From Candidatus Saccharimonadota bacterium (GTDB taxonomy: Bacteria; Patescibacteriota; Saccharimonadia; Saccharimonadales; SLHW01), in assembly GCA_007135955.1 (NCBI GenBank), contig SLHW01000003.1, forward strand, positions 27,198 through 51,197: 24,000 bases of DNA, read 5' to 3'. The translations under genes and the position numbers were made by a program. Positions 14,858 to 21,484 of this stretch are shown here, piece after piece. Positions within the stretch are counted from its first letter, which is position 1. Every line of letters begins with the position of its first letter. Below the pieces are notes generated by a model. It saw only the letters and a program-made list of their open reading frames with translations, had not been told where the DNA came from and did not search any database.

Positions 14858-15703
14858 TTATAGTAAGCCGAGCGACTTAATGATATCGACAGCTTGCTTA
14901 TAGGCATTGGTTGATTGGAAGTATTGTGTATTGACTGAGTGCATCTGTAAGTCGTCTTCTAGCTCATCAGAGCTATAGCCACCAGCAATGATATAAGAAT
15001 CACCATCTCGGCCAAAGTCTGGCCCGAGTATATCGCCAGTTATCAGCTGAAAGTTGCCGGCAATCATCATGAAGGATAGATTGTTGCTGGTGTCTAGACC
15101 AAAGAATTGCAAGAATGTTTCTTCGCGTTGGCCGATAGAAGGGTTACTGTACTTGAGTGGTTGTGAGGGCAGGGCGGCGACGCCACGGCCGATGTAACTA
15201 CTATCTACGTCTCGTGCGCCTTGACGAAAGTAGAGCTTAAAATAACCATTAGCTATTTCTTCGCCAGCTAATGTAGTAAAGCTAAAACGGGGAGATATGA
15301 TACTGACGTCCTCCCCTTCATCGACGAGCGTCCAAGTGTTTGGGTAGGCGATATCCATCCGCGGGCTAGTGGTTCGCTGAGTTGCTATTTCAAAATCAGT
15401 AGTCACGTCGGACCCATCCGCTACTGGGCCTGCTTCTTGTGTGATATCTTGAGTTTGCTGAGCATCTGTATCGGACGGTTTGTCGGATTCATCACTACCA
15501 CTTATAAAAAACCAAGCAGCTGCTCCACCGAGGCCAACGACAAACAGTGAAGCCAAGGCTACAAAAGCAAATTTTGGTAGCGGTTTTTTATTTTTGTGTG
15601 GGGAAGGAGGTGTATATTCATCGTCAGGCATGTCTAGTGACTGTCCGTATAGTTCGTCTTCGGGGCTTACGTTTTGTTTCTTGCCTTCGTCGTTATCGTC
15701 CAT
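14858..15703 (-). CDS. single-pass membrane-anchored protein with acidic N-terminal tail and extracytoplasmic domain
   Basis: 281 aa. D/E-rich tail, TM FAFVALASLFVVGLGGAAAWFFI, T/Q/D-rich linker, then a domain opening with MDIAYPNTWTLV (same YPxTW motif as the 9443 gene product). Confidence 0.65.
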   Translation of the reverse strand: MDDNDEGKKQNVSPEDELYGQSLDMPDDEYTPPSPHKNKKPLPKFAFVALASLFVVGLGGAAAWFFISGSDESDKPSDTDAQQTQDITQEAGPVADGSDVTTDFEIATQRTTSPRMDIAYPNTWTLVDEGEDVSIISPRFSFTTLAGEEIANGYFKLYFRQGARDVDSSYIGRGVAALPSQPLKYSNPSIGQREETFLQFFGLDTSNNLSFMMIAGNFQLITGDILGPDFGRDGDSYIIAGGYSSDELEDDLQMHSVNTQYFQSTNAYKQAVDIIKSLGLL

Positions 15704-15712
15704 AATATCTAT

Positions 15713-15721
15713 ATACTACCA
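15713..15721 (-). promoter_or_regulatory. extended -10 box 9 nt from ATG 15703 (leaderless-type)
   Basis: The - strand reads TGgTAGTAT, then atagatatt, then ATG. No SD. Confidence 0.4.
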
Positions 15722-15758
15722 TTGATTTAGCGGAACGTTGATTTACAAGATGTTAAAC

Positions 15759-15764
15759 TATAAC
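15759..15764 (+). promoter_or_regulatory. -10 box 7 nt from ATG 15772 (leaderless-type)
   Basis: TATAAC, then tactact, then ATG. TTGATT lies 15 nt upstream. Confidence 0.35.
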
Positions 15765-15771
15765 TACTACT

Positions 15772-16311
15772 ATGAGAGAACTAGAAATCAAAGCAAAAGT
15801 GGCGAGCAAAGATGCGCTTCTACGAAAACTTCAGAAATACTCGATTGCTCTAGGTGAGCCAGTACGTCAGCAAGATATTGTTTTTGCTCAAGTTGACGGT
15901 GATCCAGACCAAAGCAAAAATAATTGGCTAAGAATTAGAAAAGAAGGACAAAACTATACTTTTACGTTGAAGCGCGCGGTGACTGGTGAGCTAGATAACA
16001 TAGAACACGAAACTAAAATAACAAATCCAGAAGAGTTAGAAAAGGTACTCGAGCTAATCGGTTTTAAGCGACATAGTGAAATCGATAAAACTCGGCAAAA
16101 GGGATAAGTACAAGATATTGAAATTTGCATCGATGAGGTAGCCAGACTCGGCTTTTTTATAGAAGCAGAACTCATGGTTGACGATGACGCTGACTACACG
16201 GAGTCATACGAAAAACTTTGGCAACTACTCGACAAAATCGGCGTAGATCGTTCAGGTGAAATAACTAAAGGCTATGATGTATTAATCAATGAAAATAAAA
16301 TAATATTATAA
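15772..16311 (+). pseudogene. CYTH-domain protein (class IV adenylate cyclase CyaB / triphosphate tunnel metalloenzyme-like) interrupted by one in-frame TAA
   Basis: N-terminal ExExK signature (RELEIKAK). The ORF stops at TAA 16105-16107, but the same frame continues as VQDIEICIDEVARLGFFIEAELMV...ITKGYDVLI to TAA 16309-16311, matching the CYTH C-terminal half (LDxVxxLGxFxExE). Total 179 sense codons, the normal CyaB-like size. Confidence 0.8.
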
Positions 16312-16320
16312 TAATAATAA

Positions 16321-16329
16321 TGTTATAAT
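16321..16329 (+). promoter_or_regulatory. consensus extended -10 box 7 nt from ATG 16337 (leaderless-type)
   Basis: TGtTATAAT, then aaataat, then ATG. No SD. Confidence 0.5.
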
Positions 16330-16336
16330 AAATAAT

Positions 16337-16531
16337 ATGGAATCAAAGTCAGTTCAAAAAGTTATCAAGGTAGGCTCCAGCATTGGAGTAACTATTCCAG
16401 CGCGCGAAGCTCGCTATCATGGCATCAAGCCAGGCGATAAGCTGCAACTTGTTATTCGTCACGACGACGAAGGCGGCATCCTACTAAAAGTTATGCGCTT
16501 GTCTTGGTTACGACGTATTTTTAGCCGGTAG
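16337..16531 (+). CDS. AbrB/MazE/SpoVT-family swapped-hairpin DNA-binding protein, 64 aa
   Basis: VIKVGSSIGVTIPAREARYHGIKPGDKLQLVI fits the SpoVT-AbrB domain pattern (GnSxxvtIPkxxxxxlgixxGDxv). No MazF/PIN-type toxin gene is adjacent. Confidence 0.75.
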   Translation: MESKSVQKVIKVGSSIGVTIPAREARYHGIKPGDKLQLVIRHDDEGGILLKVMRLSWLRRIFSR

Positions 16532-16575
16532 AATATACAATTTATCTTCTATGCTCAGTATTTAGTGATAGATGC

Positions 16576-16584
16576 TGTTATGCT
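16576..16584 (+). promoter_or_regulatory. extended -10 box upstream of the heliorhodopsin gene (SD-led transcript)
   Basis: TGtTATGCT (16576-16584), about 30 nt upstream of ATG 16621, which is preceded by the strong SD AAGGAG (16610-16615). Confidence 0.4.
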
Positions 16585-16620
16585 ATGCTTAAAAATACAA
16601 ACAACCAAAAAAGGAGACAT

Positions 16621-17394
16621 ATGCTTAAAAAGAAAAAAAAGCTTGAGAATCTCGTTAAGCTAAATATCATCGCATCCGGCTTTCATGCAGTGCAAGGGCT
16701 TCTAATTCTTCTGATTAGCAGTAGCTTCGCTCTGCCGGTGACGACTCGTTTTCTCGTTTTTGATGAAGCGACTCAGTCGCTCCAGCAGTCTTCAACTGCA
16801 TTGTTTGATCTAAAACTAGCCTATCTTGTGGCTGGCTTTTTCTTCTTGTCGGCGCTGTTTCACTTTTTGATAGCGTTTGTATTCCGTAAGAAGTACGTGA
16901 GCGATCTAATGCAGGGGTTCAATAAGTTTAGATGGTGGGAGTATTCAGCTTCAGCATCTATTATGATGGTGGCAATTGCCATGCTGGCTGGCGTTTACGA
17001 GTTGTCATTACTACTTTCTATCTTCTTCTTTACTGCGATTATGAATTTGCTCGGTTTAGTGATGGAAGTACACAATCAAACTACTAAAAAAACCAATTGG
17101 TTGAGCTTTAATTTAGGTTGCCTAGCAGGAATTGTCCCGTGGCTTATCGTTGGAATATATTTCATAGGAACGGCTGCTGAGAGTGGCGCTGATGCGATAC
17201 CAGCGTTCGTGTATTGGATATATGTATCGATATTTATCTTCTTTAACGCATTTGCGGTAAATATGGTCTTGCAGTACAAAAAGATTGGAAAATGGAAGGA
17301 CTATCTCTATGGCGAGAAGTCATACATCATCTTGAGTTTTGTTGCCAAGACGTTGCTTGCATGGCAGGTTTTCGGTGGCACATTGCAACCATAA
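16621..17394 (+). CDS. heliorhodopsin (7-TM retinal-binding photoreceptor)
   Basis: Collinear with my recollection of heliorhodopsin 48C12: GFHAVQ, SALFHFLIA, FRWWEYSASASIMMVAIA, GCLAGIVPWLIVGIYFIG, YGEKSYIILSFVAKTLLAWQVFGGTLQP. The Schiff-base Lys (SFVAK) and counterion Glu (WWEYS) are present. ATG 16621 is preferred over 16585 because of the SD. Confidence 0.9.
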   Translation: MLKKKKKLENLVKLNIIASGFHAVQGLLILLISSSFALPVTTRFLVFDEATQSLQQSSTALFDLKLAYLVAGFFFLSALFHFLIAFVFRKKYVSDLMQGFNKFRWWEYSASASIMMVAIAMLAGVYELSLLLSIFFFTAIMNLLGLVMEVHNQTTKKTNWLSFNLGCLAGIVPWLIVGIYFIGTAAESGADAIPAFVYWIYVSIFIFFNAFAVNMVLQYKKIGKWKDYLYGEKSYIILSFVAKTLLAWQVFGGTLQP

Positions 17395-17435
17395 TTGGAT
17401 GATTGTCAGTTTATAGCTTTTTCTATCATAGCTTA

Positions 17436-18014
17436 CTAAAGCTTTATCAATTTTTTGGCAGATAAATACCCAAGAGATTCGGCATTATGGTAGCCAATAT
17501 GTATAGCTTCGTAGTGGTATCTTGGATTATCGACTTCTAGTGTCATGCGCTCTGCTAAATCATCTAGAATAGCTGATTCAAAATCATCATAGTAGATTTC
17601 TTCTGCAGGCATTTGATCAAACTCTAATAGATTAGCAAAGCTTGTAACAGTGTCGGGGTGATGTTCCCCCCAATGGTGCCTTGGGTATAAGAACATGGTT
17701 TTTGCGAGAGCTAAATGTCCCCCGAATGCATAGATGTCTCGAATTGATTGGGCACGCCGAGGCGAATTTGGCTCTTTCTGCTCGGCAAACTTCCCGGCAA
17801 ATATTTCGATGACTGCTGAAGAAGACGGAAAGTAGCCTAGGCTAATATCTCGAATAATTAATGAAAGTCGTTCTTTTGCTTGACTGTATAGCTGGTCAGC
17901 ATAAGTTACTGATTCAAGCACTTGCGCCTCACCTATCTCAATAGCAGGTACTGGAGCGGCGATATGATCGACGATCTCAGCGAGGTGTATATTGTCTCTT
18001 TCTGGAAAAATCAC
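17436..18014 (-). CDS. hypothetical protein, 192 aa, no recognisable family
   Basis: ORF with only a minor opposite-strand shadow overlap, convergent with the heliorhodopsin gene (41-nt gap). GTG start; His-rich patch PRHHWGEHHPD. Confidence 0.55.
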   Translation of the reverse strand: MIFPERDNIHLAEIVDHIAAPVPAIEIGEAQVLESVTYADQLYSQAKERLSLIIRDISLGYFPSSSAVIEIFAGKFAEQKEPNSPRRAQSIRDIYAFGGHLALAKTMFLYPRHHWGEHHPDTVTSFANLLEFDQMPAEEIYYDDFESAILDDLAERMTLEVDNPRYHYEAIHIGYHNAESLGYLSAKKLIKL

Positions 18015-18020
18015 ACGAAA

Positions 18021-18026
18021 ACTATA
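18021..18026 (-). promoter_or_regulatory. -10 box 6 nt from GTG 18014 (leaderless-type)
   Basis: The - strand reads TATAGT, then tttcgt, then GTG. It sits in an A/T-rich tract with TTATAA repeats. Confidence 0.3.
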
Positions 18027-18130
18027 TCATATTATAATTATAATTCAACTACTGCACAAATCAGGCCACAACCTTACTTAAACGATGATCAGTATACACT
18101 TAGCGGTTTTTGTTTAAAATATATCAACTG

Positions 18131-18136
18131 TACAAT
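18131..18136 (+). promoter_or_regulatory. -10 box 5 or 8 nt from the helicase ATG codons (leaderless-type)
   Basis: TACAAT, then gggtg, then ATG 18142 and ATG 18145. Confidence 0.35.
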
Positions 18137-18138
18137 GG

Positions 18139-19662
18139 GTGATGATGGATCAAGACTTAGCGATTGAGATACTGCATGACGGGCAGCACGTACTGTTAAC
18201 GGGGCCAGCCGGCTCTGGTAAAACGCATGCGCTTAGGACATTTATTAACGAGTCGAAACGGGCAGGCAAGACAGTGTCAGTGACGGCGACAACTGGCTTG
18301 GCAGCTTCACATTTAGGCGGTAATACGATTCATTCTTGGAGTGGCATTGGTATTGCCGATGAATTACCGGATGATTTTGCTAAGTTTTTGTCAAAAACGC
18401 GACAGGAAACTATCAAGAAAACTGATGTTTTGATAATTGACGAGATATCGATGCTGCATGATTATCGGCTGGATATGGTCGACCGTGTTGCGCAAACGGT
18501 GCGAGAGTCTAACGAGCCATTTGGTGGTATCCAGGTGGTGTTGTGTGGTGATTTCTTTCAGCTGCCACCAATTAGTCGCCAAGATCAAGCGCCAAGCTCT
18601 TTTGTGGTAACGGCAGAGTGTTGGCAAGAGCTTGATCCAGTGGTGTGTTATCTCAATGAGCAGTTCCGTCAAGATGATGAGGCGTACCTGGAGATATTAC
18701 AGGCAATGCGCACTGATTCCGTCCGCCGTCATCATGCTGAGCAGTTATTAGAGCGGCAGGTGAGTGAATTGTCCGGTTCGATAACTGAGTTGCACGTGCG
18801 AAATGTCGATGTTGATGAAATAAACAACCAAAAACTTGCCGAAGTTGATGCGCCAGTACATATTTTTGCGATGGAGACCACTGGTGGCCGGCAATACGTT
18901 GATTCGCTCAAGCGATCGTGCCTTGCGCCAGAAGAGCTCGTCCTAAAAGAGGGTGCGTTAGTGATGTGCCTGAAGAATAATCTTGAGAAACGTTACGTTA
19001 ATGGGTCGCTTGGTACGGTTGTCGATTTTGATAAATCATCTGGCTACCCAGTCGTAGAGCTAAAAAACAGACGGCGGGTAATCGTGGAGCCAGAAGAATG
19101 GGAGCTACGTGATGGTAACCGGAAACGAGCTGGCCTGACGCAGGTGCCATTGCGACTAGCTTGGGCGATTACAGTGCATAAAAGCCAAGGGATGACACTC
19201 GATGCTGCGCGAGTGGATTTACGTCGGGCATTTGTCGAGGGGATGGGTTACGTGGCGTTGTCACGGGTGCGAAATCTTGAGTCATTGAGCCTGACAGGAA
19301 TCAACAAAATGGCGCTAAAAATCAGCCCGGAAGCACTAGCAATTGATGAGCAGTTGCGCAAAAAATCTATCCAAGATGCCAAGCGGCTTGAGCATTTGCG
19401 AGAGAAGGGAAGGGTTCGAAAAGCTACCCAGAACAAGAAAAAATCAACATCCGGGCCATGGCAACAAAAGGTCGCCAAAATGCGCGAGCAGTATCCAAAT
19501 GCGTTTCGACCATGGAAGCAGGAAGATGACGAGAAATTGGTCGAATTATTTAGCCAAGACTCCAGTGTTGATATCGATGCGTTAACCGAAAAATTTGGCC
19601 GTCACGCCGGCTCAATTCGCGCCCGACTAAAAAAACACTTTGGCGAAGATGCCGTAAGCTAA
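18139..19662 (+). CDS. Pif1/RecD-like SF1 DNA helicase with C-terminal helix-turn-helix tail
   Basis: Walker A LLTGPAGSGKTH, Walker B LIIDEISM, VLCGDFFQLPP, and the C-terminal ITVHKSQGMTLD and YVALSRVR motifs. The tail PWKQEDDEKLVELF...GRHAGSIRARLKK resembles the HTH appended to bacterial Pif1-like helicases. The start may be GTG 18139 or ATG 18142/18145. Confidence 0.88.
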   Translation: MMMDQDLAIEILHDGQHVLLTGPAGSGKTHALRTFINESKRAGKTVSVTATTGLAASHLGGNTIHSWSGIGIADELPDDFAKFLSKTRQETIKKTDVLIIDEISMLHDYRLDMVDRVAQTVRESNEPFGGIQVVLCGDFFQLPPISRQDQAPSSFVVTAECWQELDPVVCYLNEQFRQDDEAYLEILQAMRTDSVRRHHAEQLLERQVSELSGSITELHVRNVDVDEINNQKLAEVDAPVHIFAMETTGGRQYVDSLKRSCLAPEELVLKEGALVMCLKNNLEKRYVNGSLGTVVDFDKSSGYPVVELKNRRRVIVEPEEWELRDGNRKRAGLTQVPLRLAWAITVHKSQGMTLDAARVDLRRAFVEGMGYVALSRVRNLESLSLTGINKMALKISPEALAIDEQLRKKSIQDAKRLEHLREKGRVRKATQNKKKSTSGPWQQKVAKMREQYPNAFRPWKQEDDEKLVELFSQDSSVDIDALTEKFGRHAGSIRARLKKHFGEDAVS

Positions 19663-20546
19663 GTTTCAATTAATTCTGTTTCGGGCAGAAACTCTTTTGC
19701 AACATATGCTTGCAGCTGAGATATGATACGTTGTCGGTTTGGGTTAGTCGAAGTCAAGCCGTTTATTTTATTGAAAAATGAAGATCGACCTTCTTGGTTT
19801 TCATGCAGTAACGTGCCACCGATTCTTCGTATGAGATCAGGAGAAGGGTTCTGATCGGTTAGTAATGCGTCAAGGTGACCCTGTCGTTCTTGTTCGGCTC
19901 GAGACAAGGGACGGGCACCCTCCTCGGTCATTTTAATTCTAACTTTTAGGTCTTCTCGCCAAACATACATCTTGTCTTCTAGCCTTTGTTTAATATCTTT
20001 ATCGCCACTAGATTGTTGTATTATGTGGCCGCGAATTTTATGCCACCTGTTATAAAAGCTATTAGGACTATTGTCTCTAATGGTTGTTCTGTTATTTCTA
20101 CTGGTAGAGTTCAGTACTTGCGCATATTCCTCGTCTAGCAATTTCCGGGTTTCTGGTTTGTCAATATCTAGAAAGCCTTCTAGTTCACTTGGCATACCCA
20201 TACGCCATAATAATTTTTGGGTAATTTCGGATTTTGCTTGCAGCCGGGCTGTTTCGAATTCAGCCGAATCCAAGGGGGATTCGAATAATTGATCAGTAAT
20301 TTTTCCTGGCACAATCGAAGAGTACTCATTTAGTATGCTCTCGAGCGTAAGTGGACCCTCGTATTTTTGCTTCTGCTCCTGGTCGTTTTTAGCTTCTATA
20401 TATGAAACGCTTGGTTGAATTAACTCTTCGGGTTGAAGCGGTAGAGACCCTTCGTTTGGTTCGACTATCGTGACATGTGAAGGCTGGCCATAAGAACCAT
20501 CTGGTTCAAAAACTATTAGTCTTTCGGGGTCTCGTGGTGGCGCCAT
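19659..20546 (-). CDS. hypothetical protein, 295 aa, no recognisable family
   Basis: Long ORF with only a short antisense shadow ORF (20071-20292) opposite it. Its stop overlaps the helicase stop tail-to-tail (CTAA at 19659-19662). The ATG lies 2 nt after the stop of a 34-codon upstream ORF. Confidence 0.65.
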   Translation of the reverse strand: MAPPRDPERLIVFEPDGSYGQPSHVTIVEPNEGSLPLQPEELIQPSVSYIEAKNDQEQKQKYEGPLTLESILNEYSSIVPGKITDQLFESPLDSAEFETARLQAKSEITQKLLWRMGMPSELEGFLDIDKPETRKLLDEEYAQVLNSTSRNNRTTIRDNSPNSFYNRWHKIRGHIIQQSSGDKDIKQRLEDKMYVWREDLKVRIKMTEEGARPLSRAEQERQGHLDALLTDQNPSPDLIRRIGGTLLHENQEGRSSFFNKINGLTSTNPNRQRIISQLQAYVAKEFLPETELIET

Positions 20547-20548
20547 AA

Positions 20549-20653
20549 TTAAAAAACCTGCTCGTTTGAGCAGGGCCTTCGCAGCTTATTGTTAGTTGCT
20601 TTCATGTGGCAGACCTTTGTTTTGCTAGCCTTGTTTGGGTGTCGTTGTTTCAT
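20549..20653 (-). CDS. candidate 34-aa basic leader peptide or small protein
   Basis: The - strand reads ATG (20653..20651)...TAA (20551..20549): MKQRHPNKASKTKVCHMKATNNKLRRPCSNEQVF. Weak SD AAAGG. The last 10 codons span the terminator hairpin and U-tract. Confidence 0.3.
   Translation of the reverse strand: MKQRHPNKASKTKVCHMKATNNKLRRPCSNEQVF
20551..20574 (-). terminator. canonical intrinsic terminator on the - strand, immediately upstream of the 295-aa gene start
   Basis: The - strand reads CCUGCUC (20574..20568), loop AAAC, GAGCAGG (20563..20557), then UUUUUU (20556..20551). That is a 7-bp GC-rich stem plus a U6 tract. Confidence 0.6.
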
Positions 20654-20698
20654 AGTGCCTTTTATGTTTATTTAATGTAAAGCGTACTATGCCTATAT

Positions 20699-20727
20699 GT
20701 AATACGCTTGTGTTTTGGCTTTGTCAA
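20699..20727 (-). promoter_or_regulatory. candidate sigma-70 promoter for the small-ORF/terminator unit
   Basis: The - strand reads TTGACA (20727..20722), 17 nt, TATTAC (20704..20699). Confidence 0.35.
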
Positions 20728-20797
20728 TGTGATTTTAATCACTGATATATGTTGGAGGAGATGATTTTTGCAACTTTTCGGCCTATTTACTAGGTAG

Positions 20798-20806
20798 TGG
20801 TATGAT
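20798..20806 (+). promoter_or_regulatory. extended -10 box 6 nt from ATG 20813 (leaderless-type)
   Basis: TGgTATGAT, then atcggt, then ATG. The predicted +1 coincides with the A of the ATG. Confidence 0.5.
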
Positions 20807-20812
20807 ATCGGT

Positions 20813-21463
20813 ATGCCAAAATTAACGCTTCCTCGGAAAAAGAAGCAGAATACATTACCAACATACGCCTTTATCGATAGCCAGAATCTAAACCTCGGGA
20901 TACAGCGTCTCGGCTGGAAGATGGACTGGAAGAAGTTTCGTCTGTTCCTAAAAGAAACGTACGGTGTCAAAGAGGCATTCATGTTTATCGGCTATATGCC
21001 AGAGTACGAAGACCTATATGAGCAAATGCATGAGGCAGGGTATAAAGTAGTGCTTAAGCCCACTTATGACATGACCCGACCACATCCGGAAATGGAGGTA
21101 GACGCCTCAGGTCAAAAACAACCTCAAAACGGTAAAAAATCAGAAGACGAAAAGCACATAAAGGGTAACATTGACGCTGATTTAGTGTTGTTTGCTATGA
21201 AGGAATGGCCAAACTATTCTCGGGCAGTAATCGTGTCTGGTGACGGTGACTTTTATACGCTTATCGAGCACCTTGAAAAAAACAATAAGTTACAAAATAT
21301 CCTCACACCGAATCAATATTACTCAGGACTTTTTAATGCCTTTGATAGCTATATCGTATCGCTCGATAGCAAACGGGATAAGCTGGCGTATCGTGATCGT
21401 CGCAAGAAAAAGTCCGGCAAGAGGCAAGGCCATAGTGCAAAAAGCCAATCCAAAAAAAGCTAG
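20813..21463 (+). CDS. NYN-domain (LabA/DUF88-like, PIN-fold) putative ribonuclease with lysine-rich tail
   Basis: YAFIDSQNLNLG near the N-terminus, KGNIDADLVLFAM, and AVIVSGDGDFYTLIEHL match the NYN/LabA pattern (aFIDgxNl ... vDvxla ... vLvSGDgDF). Confidence 0.8.
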   Translation: MPKLTLPRKKKQNTLPTYAFIDSQNLNLGIQRLGWKMDWKKFRLFLKETYGVKEAFMFIGYMPEYEDLYEQMHEAGYKVVLKPTYDMTRPHPEMEVDASGQKQPQNGKKSEDEKHIKGNIDADLVLFAMKEWPNYSRAVIVSGDGDFYTLIEHLEKNNKLQNILTPNQYYSGLFNAFDSYIVSLDSKRDKLAYRDRRKKKSGKRQGHSAKSQSKKS

Positions 21464-21466
21464 CTT

Positions 21467-21475
21467 TGTTATACT
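21467..21475 (+). promoter_or_regulatory. extended -10 box 9 nt from ATG 21485 (leaderless-type)
   Basis: TGtTATACT, then gtctactgg, then ATG. No SD. Confidence 0.4.
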
Positions 21476-21484
21476 GTCTACTGG

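Noticed and set aside
15772-16311. Stop-codon reassignment as the explanation for the in-frame TAA (CYTH) and TAG (13781-13783)
   Set aside because: Conserved genes in the window terminate at TAA, TAG or TGA exactly where their homologues should end (pyrG TAG, glyQS TAA, recO TAG, xseA TAA). The standard code fits. Isolated nonsense mutations or sequence errors are more parsimonious.
16296-16336. A/T-only tract with ATAATAATAAT / TTATAAT repeats as a microsatellite or repeat element
   Set aside because: It is short and fully explained as the CYTH gene's 3' end plus the extended -10 promoter (TGTTATAAT) of the next gene.
16337-16531. Type II toxin-antitoxin system (MazE-like antitoxin)
   Set aside because: No MazF, PIN or other toxin-sized ORF is adjacent on either side. 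The protein is better treated as an orphan AbrB-type DNA-binding protein.
16585-16620. Longer start (16585) for the heliorhodopsin gene
   Set aside because: ATG 16585 directly abuts the TGtTATGCT -10 box and lacks an SD. ATG 16621 has the strong SD AAGGAG 5 nt upstream and aligns with the N-terminus of known heliorhodopsins.
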